Assembly: GCA_964106645.2 (NCBI GenBank)
Contig: OZ067038.1
DNA length: 64,000 nucleotides
Strand: one strand, 5' to 3'
DNA from: Podarcis pityusensis
Lineage: Eukaryota
Part shown: positions 48,791 to 61,817 of the stretch, one piece after another
Position numbering within the stretch: the stretch's first letter is position 1
Layout: every line of letters begins with the position of its first letter
Made by a program: the position numbers and the translations under genes
The notes under the pieces: generated by a model
Databases searched by the model: none
Told to the model about the DNA's origin: nothing
What the model saw: only the letters and a program-made list of their open reading frames with translations

Positions 48791-50774
48791 TTTAAATACC
48801 TGTCCCTGGTTTTCAAATACTAGACATTACACAGGAAAGACACAGACACTACCCGCAGAATATAGCATTTACGTCAGATGCTGCTGGATGTGGGATGTGA
48901 TAATTAAAGAATTGGGAGTGGGGATGTGGCAGGGGAGATGAGAATAGGGTGATATAGGGGCCCAACGTGGGTCTTGAGGAGAGACTTGAAGGAGGTCCAA
49001 TGAAGAGACAGAAAGCTGCTGTTCTGAATCTAGTGATCAAAACAGAAGAGAGGGAGATAAGACAAGAAAGAAAGAGTTGAAAGTCACCCCCCTCCCCTCA
49101 AAAAAACCAACAAGCAGCTATGGTTTACCATTTGGATTGCATATTTTCCACAGTATAACTAAAGCTTTTCTTTACGTATGAGGTATCTGACCTGCTGTAC
49201 AGAAACAGTGTAAATCCAGTGTCCACACAATGGCCGCCATGTTAAGGATAGGATGCTTAAACTTGCTTGGGGGAAAGGATGTGGAAAGTTGTAAAAATGG
49301 AGGCAGTGCAGAGACTTAAGGGTGACTGCTGACAGGAAAATAGTGATGTAAAGGAAATACATGTTTAGCAGAGAACTGCTTAAATGCTGTTACTAATACT
49401 TTGTGCATTTGTGTAACTTGAAAATGTGTTTTCTACTGGAAAGTTTACTTTGAAGTGATGAGCGATCTCAAAACAATACAGTATTGAACAGGAGGGGAAA
49501 TCCTAGTTTCCTTTGCTTTGATTAAACAATTGTTCACATAATGGTTACTGGATTAATTGCACAATTATTTAATAAATAGCCTTAGGGCCATGTGATGAAC
49601 TTTTTTTTCTTAAAAAAAACACCAAACCCTTAAGAATCAGACTCACTAAGCAATTCTTCTGCTAGAGCCTCACCACTGGGCAATCATTAGGAGTGGAAAT
49701 GAGTGGTTTTGTATTATTAAACACCTCTCCAAACTCACCTATTAAGTAAAGCAGCAAAGAGAACGAGGATAAGCTAAGTCTTGGGCTTAATGTGCTACTC
49801 TTTTCCCAGTAAAAGCCTTTAGAAGGACAGAAAGCTAAAACAAAAGCAGATTTGTAATACAGCATCCCATCTGAATGAAGCCCCCCCACCCCGGCCGGTC
49901 TGGTGCTTTATTAAAGACCAGGACATACTCGATACAAAGAGTTCCCTTGCTCAGATGAATACGCCTTTCACAATTTGTTTGGGAAGTAGGAAGGGGAGGA
50001 AGGGGAGGTTAACACAAAACAACAGCAGCAGCAACAACACAAAAAAGTCCATTCATGGGATGAGTGGGGAGGGAGGGGAGTCTGAGGAGATTTTGCTTCA
50101 TAACTCAAGTGAGAACATTAGTGACACAGAGACCTGCTTAGAAACCTTAAAGTGTGTTTCAGTGTTTAACAGAACAAGTCATTAACAGATATTCAGGCTC
50201 AAAACTAAGGCATCTGCAGAAAAACGTGTAATGACGGACCCTCACATAGCATTTGTACTTTCCTAACAGTGCAATAATATGCACTGCTACTCAGAAGTAA
50301 GTTCCATTGGATTCAAGGGGGGTTCCTCCCAGGTACAGGAATGCAACCCAACAGCACAATCCTATACATATCATCTCAGAAGTCAGTCTGATTTCAAAAA
50401 GTAGTAAATTGATATAGGATTTCAGCCTTCATCTGTTTCACAGATAAGTAGGTTTGAGATATATAGGGTTAGCCTACCCAAAGCAACAGAATGCTATTCC
50501 ATTGACCTCTTTGCTTTACTTGTTTTTAAAGACAGAGAGATGTGTTTGCATACAGGTGGAGACCATTTTGCATGGGGGTTCTGTTCCCCACATAAACCCA
50601 ACACACCCCATGCCACCCTTTTTGGGCCACTTCCAGGTTGGCAGCGACAAGTGTATGCTTGATCGTGCACCAATCAGACGTGCCTAAAATGGTCACTACT
50701 TGAAGATGCTGGTGCAACCAAACCAGCTGTGTTCCAATAGACCCACCTTTGTCTGTGATGCAAGGATTTCCACT

Positions 50775-50906
50775 TGTGCAATGGAACTTTCTCCTCCTCT
50801 TCCTTTCCCCATGCTGCCTCTGGGGGGTTAGGGGGGAACCCAGAAGAGATTTTGGAGGTGTGGGAGGATACAGGGAGAGGAGAGGGAGGGGAAGTTCCAT
50901 TGCACA
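50775..50906. repeat. Inverted repeat / hairpin MITE core
   Basis: TGTGCAATGGAACTT (50775-50789) is perfectly inverted to AAGTTCCATTGCACA (50892-50906), extended by pyrimidine/purine tracts. Confidence 0.8.
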
Positions 50907-53900
50907 GCCAGAAGTCATTGTAGTGGCAGGTAGGTACTTCACTGGATACTGCCCATTGTTTCCTCTTTGGGGTGGGGGTGGGATATATTTTTGTCACCAT
51001 AACCTTCAGTGAATACTTCTCTTTTCTGAGGCAGTTGTGTTGGTAATCCATTTGAACCAGGAATTGTGTTGCTATACCACCATTATAAGGCTGATGGCAT
51101 TATTCACTTGCACAGTTTACACTATCCCACACCTCACCATCCATGAATTGACAGGAAATGTATGAAGAGGGGAAGCTGCACTACATAGACTGCCTTTGGT
51201 GATGTTGAACCCTAATCATGCAGTGTTCTAAATAACCAGGGTAACCTAAACTCATAGAGGAGATTCCTCTCTTTATATGCTTCCCAATCCATGGATGAAG
51301 AGAGTTGGAGCCACGGGGTGGGGTCTCAACCCCCCCCCCCCAATGTTAGTTGATTATCGGTACATAAAATTATGTGGGCTAATAGAACTGACTCAGCGGA
51401 TTAGCTGGTTGGAGAAATACCTGTGACAACATTCCATTCTTACCTAAGGAGCAGCTTTCAGGATGCTGCTAGATTTTCCGATGGAGGCTTTCTGGCCTGG
51501 AGTTTTCAGATGGGACTGATTCACCGCCTGTGTTGGAAGATAGGCACCTGACCACCATCATTCACATCCAGCTCAGACTAGTGTAATATGCTCTATGCAG
51601 GGCTGCCATCAAAAGTAGTCCATAAATGCCACTGCTCATTTGTTGACTCATCTTGATCATCCTGAACATATAACACAATTTCTAGAAAGCAGGAAGTTGC
51701 CATTCCCCATTTGCGGTAAATAGTGAGTAGTTTGTTTACGCTGAGTTTAATTACACTCAGAAAATGATTGCAGAAATTCAGTATAACATCCTGCTGCAAA
51801 CAATAAAATTTAAGTTTTAAGAAGTCCGCATGTATTGACAAATGAAAATACCTTTTTGTCTTCAGCATAGGGAATTAGGCAGCAGTTATAGCAGGCACAA
51901 TTAATATGATGTGGCATTATTTGTTGTAATCTACATGGCATTTTGTACCCTTTCCTAATCGTTCTGATGCTCCAATGACCCAATAAAAGCCCAAACCATG
52001 TTGTCTACAATTTTGTCTGCATCCCTGCTTGACATCAACAAAAATTACTGTATTTTTCATTACTTTGGCACCTTTCCAGTTAGGAAAATACAAGTCTAAT
52101 GTGATTTCTTTATTGGCCCATAAATGCTGCCAGTATGATTATCCATGAGACCTCTCATTTCATATGCTAACCCCAATCACATTCTTATATTTTAGTAATT
52201 ATTATGGGTCAGCAAGAATTGATCGGGCATTGTGGTTTTTCCATATGAACTTCATGCCTTTGTGACAAACACATGCCATGATGCAGTTTAGCTTTGTTAG
52301 CCCTTATTATAAAGAAATCAAGAGTAGGTATTATATCAACATTTTGCATGTTGTTACCTTGGTCTTTGACGTTAGGGTGACACCAGACTTTTGCCAACAA
52401 AAAAAACCTCTAAACAAAGGGAGCTGCAAAAAGTTCCACATTACATCCCCTTTGTTTACCTTTTCAATGTGCTACCTCTTACCTGTCCACAGCTGTTTCA
52501 TTTTCTCATCTACAGCTTTAGTACCCTTTTAAAAAATAACCAGAGGCTTCTTCTTGAAGTAATCCCAGCCAGGCTGGGCGATATGATGAGTTATAATCAT
52601 AATTATTATAATGAGTAAGGGCAATACTTCATGGGGGGGCCTTTTCCACATACCTATGTCTTAACTGAAACATATTTGATATACATATTCACTCATGCTG
52701 ATGGTAAAATATTGACTTTGTTTAATGAGGGAGCACTACCTATTAGAATCTGAGAAATGCAGGACACTTCATATTTTAACACTAACCATTAAAGATATAC
52801 TCAGTGAGATTCTGTAGAAAGTTAAATCGTATACTTCTAGTTCAATTAAGCCAGTACATATTAATAAAGTGCCATCTGCATCCTTTAAAATCTACTGGTT
52901 GCACTCAAACGCTGATTTTTAATGTAAAATGATTGAGCACTTGTTCACCTTATTCACTCAGAAGGATCAGCCTCTCTGATGGAGGCCAGTATCAGATATT
53001 TGAAATAATAGCTCTATAATTGGGCACTCAGTCCCCACACACAATTAAAATCAAGTGAGTGGAGCAAGGTATTTGCCCAACCACTTCAGTTGTATCGGCC
53101 CACATGATTTTATTTACTGATATCTGCTAACATACAAGGGGTGGGGAACCACCCTGTGGCCCCACCCCTCTCTGTCCATGCATTGGAGGGCAGGATTGTT
53201 GTGCAGGAACGCCTCATGTAATCTCCCTGATTTGTGCAAGGTTCTAAATCATGGGGAATGGGGGCTTCAATATGTGCAGCAGACTCCCCAATGCACACAT
53301 CTAGTGTGTGGAGGGCAACAGGTCCAAGGGATAGAGACAATACAAAGGGGGTGGGCAGTGAGGGTGGCCCCACTTTACCCCTCACACATTTATCTTGTGC
53401 AGAATTATTGGCAACAAGAAACCAGAAGTTCATTTGTATGTTCTCCATGCCAAGTCATCCATTCCCAGGCTTATGTTACTCTATAGTTTAATGGCTTTGG
53501 GGCACACCTAGAATAAAGCTTTACTAAGTTAGCGTATTTACCAGCATTTTGAACTTGAGTGAGCATCTTTCACAGGCTAACATCTAGCCCATTAATTTCG
53601 TTTCTGTGGAATTTATGTGTTCTTTTTGTGCAGGCACCATTCACTTTGCTTTTACTAAGGTGATGGCAGGATTTGCATTCTGGAGGTTATAAGCTGCTCT
53701 CATAAACAACTACACTAGTAGCCATAAAAACGTATCTCTGGAAAAACTCGGAAAACAAAATGCCAGCAAACTAACAATTGGCTCCAAATGTTCCAGGAGG
53801 GACATCTGGGAGGCAGCCAAAAGAGAAAATGTCATAATCATATGTGTCTTCAATTATCCTCACATCAACTGAGTAGATGTATATCTGGATAATGACAAAG

Positions 53901-56900
53901 GGACAACCACAGTTCTAGATATGATAAATGATTTGTTTTAGAACAATTACAACAAGCCTTTGATTTAATTCTGAGAGGTGCCCAGACCATTATTGATGTA
54001 GTTGTTGCCAAACCACTCGGAAACGCCAACTGTAACACTGTATTAAACTTAACCAGTTTGTGTTCTTTGAGATGGGACACCTCTGCCACAGGAGCAAGTG
54101 CCCATGCTTTGACCCAGCCTCCCCTAAGACCTCAATCCAGAAAAGAACAGGCTAGGGCTGCAGCATCATGTCTCAAGGTCAGTGTGCCCCTCTGCCCATG
54201 CCCTTCAGGGTCTTATGTGTTTGGCTGAAAGGGACTCCAATGCAGCCACGTGTAGCAGTTCTCAATAGCATGGAAGTCCTATACACCTACAGTGGAGGAA
54301 GACTCCATTTTAGCAGAGAATCCAGGAAGGACTTAGCATTGAATCCTGCTGAACTGAGCAGGCTTTTCCCTCTCTCCCTCCCCGCACTCCTCATCTGATG
54401 AGGAGGGCTAAATCCTACTGCCTTGGGAGAATTGCACAGCCAGTGCAGGATTTAACCTCATCTTCCTTCCCATCAACTGACAGTAGGTGACTGTGGTTTG
54501 GGAAAATAGCCTGATAGGCCAATTGGGGCTTCCTGGCAGGCCAAGATTTGACCTGTGTGTCTAAGGTTTCTCAACCCTGGTGTAACTCCACCACTTACAC
54601 TCTGTTCCCACAACTCAAACACACAGGAGAATGAGGACCCACGTGAGGAACAACCTTGGGTTATTTTCTTTGGAATCCTTCCTCCAAATCACTGTGATTG
54701 GCTTACTGCTGGAAAACATCCCACTATTATTAAAAGTTGGCCTTGTACATCAAAATACCCCCTTGTCTCTCTTCCACACCTGATCTCCTCTTGAGCTCTG
54801 AGAGTTTTCCTAGTTGGCTTGGTTTGTTTCTCAGAAAACAAGGGGGGAAGGTTGCATATTTAACTTTTTTGAAAACCTGAGACAACAAAGCTACTGCGAA
54901 GGTTGGAAACTCCCTGTTCTGCCTTGACAAGCCTTATTAGCAAGCAACCTGATTTGGGAATACCTCAGACCACCACAATTTGGCTTGTAATTTGGAGAAT
55001 ACACACAGAGCCAATGCACACCCCTAATATATGCTGCTTTCAATACAGATATACCATTCTCAGTGGGAGATCCACACCATGGAAGTAAAACCATCAAAAT
55101 ATATGTGTATGTTTCCTAAGAATCAGTGATAACACACCACCCAAAAAAGTCCAATATAATCAGAAAATACTCATTAGTGATCCCACCAATTTAACATGCA
55201 TGCAAGTGTGACAAACTATCTTTATAAACTATAAACACCCTCAAGAAGCTTTAATAATAGAAAAGCTATCTGTACCCAAATATAACATGACAGTACTGTA
55301 GCACCAAAAGAGAGAATGAGAGAGAGAGAGTTAGAGACCAGACAAAGACAAAGTTAATTAGTGAATGGGGAATCAGAGCCAAGTGAATCCACAGTTTATT
55401 CTAAGTTCTACTGAAACCTTCTAAACAGGAAAGTTGAGTGAATATATGTATTGAACCTTGCTTCCTGTATGAAAGTAGAAAGGCAGCACATCCTGCAGGA
55501 TGATCTTATAAGCATAACTTCAGCTCTGCGTAAGGATAACTTTAACTCCGTGCATGTACGTATTAACCAAAACATGACTCACACAATACGATATTCCAGT
55601 AGCTGTACAGAGAAACAGATGTCGCAAATAAGCATTTAGTTTATACTAAACATAAGAACTCAAATATTAGTCTAATTAAAATTGCTTGTGCAAAACAGGC
55701 ATGATCTTATGGTGAATGGCCAAACCAAGGGAATCTGCCAGAGTTTACAGAAATGTTCCCATTTTATCTTTGGTTTCTTTCACATTTAGAAATAAAAATT
55801 ACAGCAATGAAACTAAGGCTGAAAGCTGGGTCCAAATGCTGAGAAAGGTACCTTCATATTTGTAACCTTGGATTATTACATTCCTCTGCCAGGTCTTATA
55901 AATCACCAAAACATCATGACCAATGGTATCCAAAAGCCACTGAAAGTTGAATTAGATCAACAAAGAACATCTGCTTCTGTCAATATCCAACTAAAGATTG
56001 TGTGTCAGTTTTCTTCCAAAATGGAAGCATCTACAACCTCATCCACAACAAGTCCTGTCCAAGCTTTTCCTACCCAGCTGACACTGGCCAAAATGGCCAA
56101 TAACCCAACCTGCAGTTTGTTCCCTGTTTGCCACCCTCTACCCAACACATACCACCTCTGCTTCCCTTCTACACCTTTAGGTGATGCCAACTATAATTGA
56201 TCCATAAGCTGGACACAGCTGAACTTCTCCCATCCGGAATTCAGATTCTTTTTGAAGATGTTGGTGACTTCATCTGAGAGAAAGGTGGGGAATTCAACAC
56301 AACAGCAATTTACCAACCAGTCACTAGGTAGAACAAATGCAATAGAATGCTCTCAAAATAAATGCTGTCACTGAATAAAATGCTGGACCTTCTATGTCAA
56401 GCATATATATTTTTCTTTCTTTGAGGAAAGGTGCACTTTAATCTTTAAAGGCTTTTATTCACCCAAAGGTTCTGCATGAGTGAGGACAGCTGTTTTCACT
56501 ACTGAATGATCCAGTGGCAGATCTCTTGAAAGGATATTTACTGCTAATATTCACCTTTGGCATAGGTGGGACCCATTTGCACTGTGTCTAACCAAGAGGA
56601 TTAACACTGACAACAAGCCATTGCTCTTTTTGACAAGGGGGCCAAATGATTTCATGATGCCTCTCCTAAGTGAAAACAGTTTTACTGCTGTCAGGGATCT
56701 AAAATATGTTCATCTTTCTCATTTTATTGCAGGAGGAGACAAAGCACAGACCAAAGAATAGTGCTTTTTTGTGGTCACCATCTTAATTACACCCAGGAAG
56801 ATGGAGACAGAACCTCCAACTTCTTAAAAAGGGAAGTGGTGAGCCTTTTTAAATGTGTGCGGATAGAACACATTATCAGTGACACAATGGAGAACAATAA

Positions 56901-57349
56901 CAGAGTTAGGGTTTATTTATGGAGTGTGCATATATACTTACAATGTCTTGCATTTATAAAAAAATAGTGGGAGGAAAAAAATGTTTTTTCTGGGTATTAT
57001 AACAATGAAACGACTACCAAGAAACAGCATTCAATCGGACCAGAAAAGTCAAAAAATTAAACAGACAACCACAATAAGGTTCCTTTTTATAGTTTTTCTG
57101 TGCACACCTGCAAAAGAACTCAGAGAAATGAATGTTGTAGAGGGTTTGTGTCAGTCAGTGTAGACAGTGCGGAGCTAGATGAACCAATAGTCCAACTCAG
57201 TATAATGTGACTTCCTGTGTTATTAGCTAAGCAGGAGTGAAACTTAGGGTGGAGTGAACCAACTGAACAAGAGGGAACAGAATGAGTGAAATACTTTCAG
57301 CCTTAGTCAAATCCTCGAGAGCCAAGACCCACTGGTACACATGGGTTCA

Positions 57350-57572
57350 GTGTTGTGGAACGCCCTCCCATCAGATGTCAAGAAGATGAGTAACTACATA
57401 ACTATACAACCTTTAGGAGACATCTGAAGGCAGTGCTATATAGGGAAGCCTTTTAATGTGTAATGTTTTACTATGTTTTTATATTAGTTGGAAGCCGCCC
57501 AGAGTGGCTGGGGCAACCCAGTCAGATGGGCGGGTGTACAAATTAACGATGGTGGTGGTGATGATGATGATA
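57350..57572 (+). mobile_element. L2 LINE 3' end (same family as 59222-59690)
   Basis: TGTGGAACGCCCTCCCATCAGATGTCAAG...AGACATCTGAAGGCAG...GCCGCCCAGAGTGGCTGGG...CAGATGGGCGGG. Confidence 0.85.
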
Positions 57573-58840
57573 TTGAAATTGTTCCATCAGTGCAAACATT
57601 TCAGCTTCCCAGACAGAACAGTCCTGGCTTTGTCTGCACTGTTCTGGAGGTTCTGCTGGACACACCCAAGACAATTTCAGGAGGCAGGGGGAAGAAGGTC
57701 CTTGCACAAATTTCCACGGATGGGACTCATTAGTTGAATCCCACCCATGTTTTTCACTATTGTTTCCCACCTAATCTAGGGTCACATTTCATTTTTGAAA
57801 AGATACAAGGAATTATATCTTTCTATCCTTGATGAAGTTTTCTTTTTCTTTGCATGCCTTTGCATTCTGATCGGTTCTGTTAAAAACTGTGTTTTGTCCA
57901 AAGTGGTCCCCATAACCACCACCACCACCACCAGACCAGAGCTCCTGAGACCTGTGTAGAGTATAAGGTTTAGGGAACAATAATCTGTCCTTTCTTTTGT
58001 ATCTCAGTATAGACATATACACAAGAAATCTTCTGAGAAAGCTCACGGTATAATGAGGAAATTCTGGGAATAATTATGCAAGGGATAGTATATACTCCAG
58101 CAAATGAAAGACATCTTTTTATTTAAAGCAATGTTTTTTACCACCAACTTGCTGCAATTAGGAGGTTGTTGGAAAGATATCAGTTGAGATTTGAAGCCTT
58201 ATTTCTGAAGATGTTTTGAATTAACAACTAATTGGTAGCTTTCTTTGATAACTATTTTATTGTAGGGTGCAGCTCAGATGAAAATCAACCACAAAGGGAA
58301 CTCAATTTTGTTTGTCATTAATTTAAACAGATGATTTACATAGACCCGCTTCTCCGCCTCCATTTTTGTGTGCCTTACAATTCCTTAATGCCAACTAGCA
58401 GCAGTTGGAATTGATGCTGTGTCATTTCCTATTTATATATGTTACAGAATGTTTCCTGTCATACATTAGCAGTGGGTTGTGGGAATGGCTGGAACACTGT
58501 GAGAATCCAAATGGGAGCCCTTGCAATGTTATGAAGAAGTGGCAAACAAAACATTGTAAGGGCATGGCTGTGTTTGGGTTAGTGAGGCCATTCTAGTCCC
58601 ACTGGACAATTCAATCTCCATGAATTTACACTTGTAGCACTCCAGGATTTTTTAAAAACTCTCTGTGAACTTGCAAATAGAACTACACATATCTGATTTG
58701 AATCAGAAATCATGCAAGTGACCACAAATACCCACACATTATCTACAATCCCCCTATACTTGATGCGCCTGATGCAAGAGTTTAGGTGTTTATATTTTCT
58801 GGTAACTAAGTACTGGATGGTTGAAATACTATGAAAGGGA

Positions 58841-59051
58841 TGGACCATGGCTCAGTGTCAGAGCACATGGTTTGTATGCAGAAAGTCGTAAGTTCAGTCC
58901 CTGGCATTGCCAGTTAAGAAGATGAGGTGGGGGAAGACGAATCAGGCGGCTTGTGACGTGAAGAACTGATAGCTTGCATATCCAGTGCTAGTCAGGGTAA
59001 CAAAATGTTTGATGGACTAATAGTGTGATGGGACATTAGGCAACTTCCTAT
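58841..59051 (+). mobile_element. Old Squam2-like SINE (3' fragment also at about 57150-57220)
   Basis: GGACCATGGCTCAGTGTCAGAGCACATGGTTTGTATGCAGAAAGTC...TTCAGTCCCTGGCAT...GATGGACTAATAGTG...AGGCAACTTCCTAT. Confidence 0.7.
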
Positions 59052-59221
59052 CAAGTGATGACTTGATCAGAATAAGTCACAGAATTCATTCTGAGAATGC
59101 ATTGGCAATTCACTAAAAAAAAAAGCCTCACAACTTGCTCATAGGAGTGGGCTACTCATGGAATCTTCTGGTACACCTCTCTCAAAGTGTGGATGGGAGA
59201 AGGGGTATTCATGAAAGCTAC

Positions 59222-59690
59222 TGAGACCATATAACACCAGTCCTGAAAGACCTACATTGGCTCCCAGTACGTCCCCGAGCACAATTCGAAGTGTTGGTCC
59301 TGACCTTTACAGCCCTAAATGGCCTCGGTCCAGTATACCTGAAAGAGCGTCTCCACCCCCATCGTTCAGCCCGGACACTGAGGTCCACCTCCAAGGGTCT
59401 TCTGGTGGTTCCCTCACTGCATGAAGTGAGGTTACAGGGAACCAGGCAGGGGGCCTTCTCAGTAGTGGCGCCGCCCTGTGGAACACCCTCCCACCAGATG
59501 TCAAGGAAATAAACAACAATATGACTTTTAGAAGACATCTGAAGGCAGCCGTGTTTAGGGAAGTTTTTAATGTTTGCTGTTTTATCGCTTTATTAATATT
59601 CTCTTGGGAGCCGCCCAGAGTGGCTTGGGAAACCCAGGCAGATGGGCAGGGTATAAATAAATTATTAGCATTAGTATTATTAGTATGTTT
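59222..59690 (+). mobile_element. L2 LINE 3' fragment, relatively young
   Basis: DHITPVLKDLHWLPVRPRAQFEVLVLTFTALNGLGPVYLKERL...GAFSVVAP; tail GGGTATAAATAAATTATTAG. Confidence 0.92.
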
Positions 59691-61184
59691 CCTGCCTCCT
59701 CAGTTCCCAACCTTCCTTGTGTGATGTGGGGAAGGTCTGCACTGGGCTTGCGTCTGCTGGAACAGGAACAGGTTTCTCCACACAATCAGGGAGCCTGCTT
59801 TACTAGGGTCCCTAGTTGTGATGGGGGTTCTACTTGTATAGACCATGTATTCAAGTGAACAATGAATTGCTTGGGAGCTACCCACCCATGATTGCCTTCT
59901 CTTTGTGAACTGGAAAATTTAAAAGCTTTCCGTTTTTTCCTTTCATGGAAGAGGGACTATGATCTTGCATTGAGTTCACGGTTCTGATGCAACATTGTTT
60001 ATGAGACTGTTTCACTTTGATTACAAAATTTGGCTCTTGGGGTGTTGTAGGAACCAGTTCAGGGATAGTCACAGCAGCAGTAGTATACACTAATGGGCAT
60101 ATCCATCTTTGCACATAAGGGGTGTGTGTGTGTTATTAAGTGTTGCCTGGCTCCGAGGTCCCACCTGCCTAACCCCATAATGACATGGAATACTCACAAG
60201 CAATCTAACTTTTTAGAGGGATACTGCCAGCAATAGAATATTGCCACCTAGGGGGAGAAATGAAGAGTGAGTTAACTAGTCAAAATCCCGCACAGAGCCT
60301 AGGAAAATGAAAAATTGTGTGCAATGTGGCCAAAATTCACAATTACAGGTTCAGAATATGAATTTGGCACACTCGTATTGTGCACCTGTATTCCAAACTG
60401 GGCATCATTTCCCCCAATTCCTGTCCAGCTTTGATTATATTCATAATGTATGACTGTACGTAAATTTTGGAAGCATCCAAGAGGCTTTGTTCAAATCCTC
60501 TTTTAATCCCATGGTTGCTACAGGCCTCCAATCCACAGATCCTTGCATATAGCATGAGGCAATAGTGTACATGGATACTGAACATCAATCTATGGTGCTA
60601 GAGACAAAGTAGCATGAGCTGAGATTGGATTTGAGCTCAAAAGGATTCAGAAACTCTGAGTTAGTACAACCCATTCTTCCCACCTGTGATTTGAAGACAG
60701 AGCCTCCAGATAGACTTGACTCACTGGCATTTATTTATTTTCAAGAAAGAACACAAAGAAAACAATTGAAGAAAGGTGTCTGGCCTGGCTTGGGTATCAA
60801 GTTGAATTTGCATTAGAGGTAGCTAGACAAATAAACCTTTTGAACTGCAAACTCTGTAAGAACTATATGTATGGAACATGTCAAGAGAAAATAAATCCAG
60901 ATCACCACAATCCCACTTTTAGAAGGTAGTTTTTGTAAGAGGAGTGTTAATCTTACTTTCAATACAGTTATGAAATGTTTGGCTTTTCTGTATAATATTT
61001 TAAAGTCCCTGATGAAATTAAAGTGTCTAACTCCTTGAGCAAAAATGTATTTTTAACAGCCTTTCATAATTGGGATGATCATTTAATTGGACAGCTGTGT
61101 AAATTATATGAAGGGAAATCTGGATTTATACAATGTCCCCTTAGTTTGATATTTCAGAGTAGTTCTAAAAATTGTAGATTAAAG

Positions 61185-61565
61185 TATTTATTTATTTTAC
61201 ATTCAACCTGCCTTTCTGTAGAACAAAAATATACTCAAGATGGCTTACAATTAAAACAAAGCAAGGAATGTTGCACATACACAGCTCCCTAGAAGTATAA
61301 TACAATTTAAAAAGAATCAACAGAGCACCACCACAGCCCAGTTCGCTGGGCAGCACCCAAAAATGCTTGCTGGAGAAGGTTAATTTTAGTCTGTCAGAAG
61401 GCAAACAGTGGTTGGGCCAGGCCAATGTCCTTGGGCAGCCTGTTCCAGAATCTCAGTGGCATCACAGAAAAGGCCCTACTTCTTGTGCCTGGCTGATTTC
61501 GGATGATGGGCATCAGTGGCTGATCATAAGAGTTTAGCGTTTTCATGTTCTTTTCATATGGAAGA
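61185..61565 (-). mobile_element. Decayed L2 3' end, minus strand
   Basis: TATTTATTTATT...CCTGCCTTT...CTCAAGATGGCTTACA tail and GTTCCAGAATCTCAGTGGCATCACAGAAAAGGCCCT (reverse RAFSV..P..WN). Confidence 0.7.
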
Positions 61566-61572
61566 ATGTAAG

Positions 61573-61598
61573 ATGATAGATAGATAGATAGATAGATA
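61573..61598. repeat. (GATA)n microsatellite
   Basis: Direct reading. Confidence 0.9.
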
Positions 61599-61679
61599 GG
61601 GTACCAAATTCCATCCTTTGCGTCATCTTTGATTCAAAGTACACTACTAAAATTCCCCCTTTTCAGAATCCTTCTAGAT

Positions 61680-61817
61680 CAAGTATGGGAAACCAGTGGC
61701 CTTGCAGATGTTGCTGAGTTACAACTCCCATCAACCCTAGTCATTGATCATGCTCACTAGGACTGCTGGGAGTTGTAGTTCAGCATCTTCTGGAGAGTCA
61801 AAGATTCCCTGCTCCTG
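61680..61817. mobile_element. Short palindromic MITE (partial copies at about 4920-5002, 7660-7760, 9722-9790, 39470-39580)
   Basis: CAGATGTTGCTGAGTTACAACTCCCA...TGGGAGTTGTAGTTCAGCATCTTCTG fold-back; the same motif recurs across the window. Confidence 0.75.

Noticed and set aside
54386-54404. CTGATGA motifs as hammerhead ribozyme cores (also about 23903, 38960, 61009)
   Set aside because: No correctly placed GAAA and stems; the 54386 site is a simple palindrome CTCCTCATC-T-GATGAGGAG.
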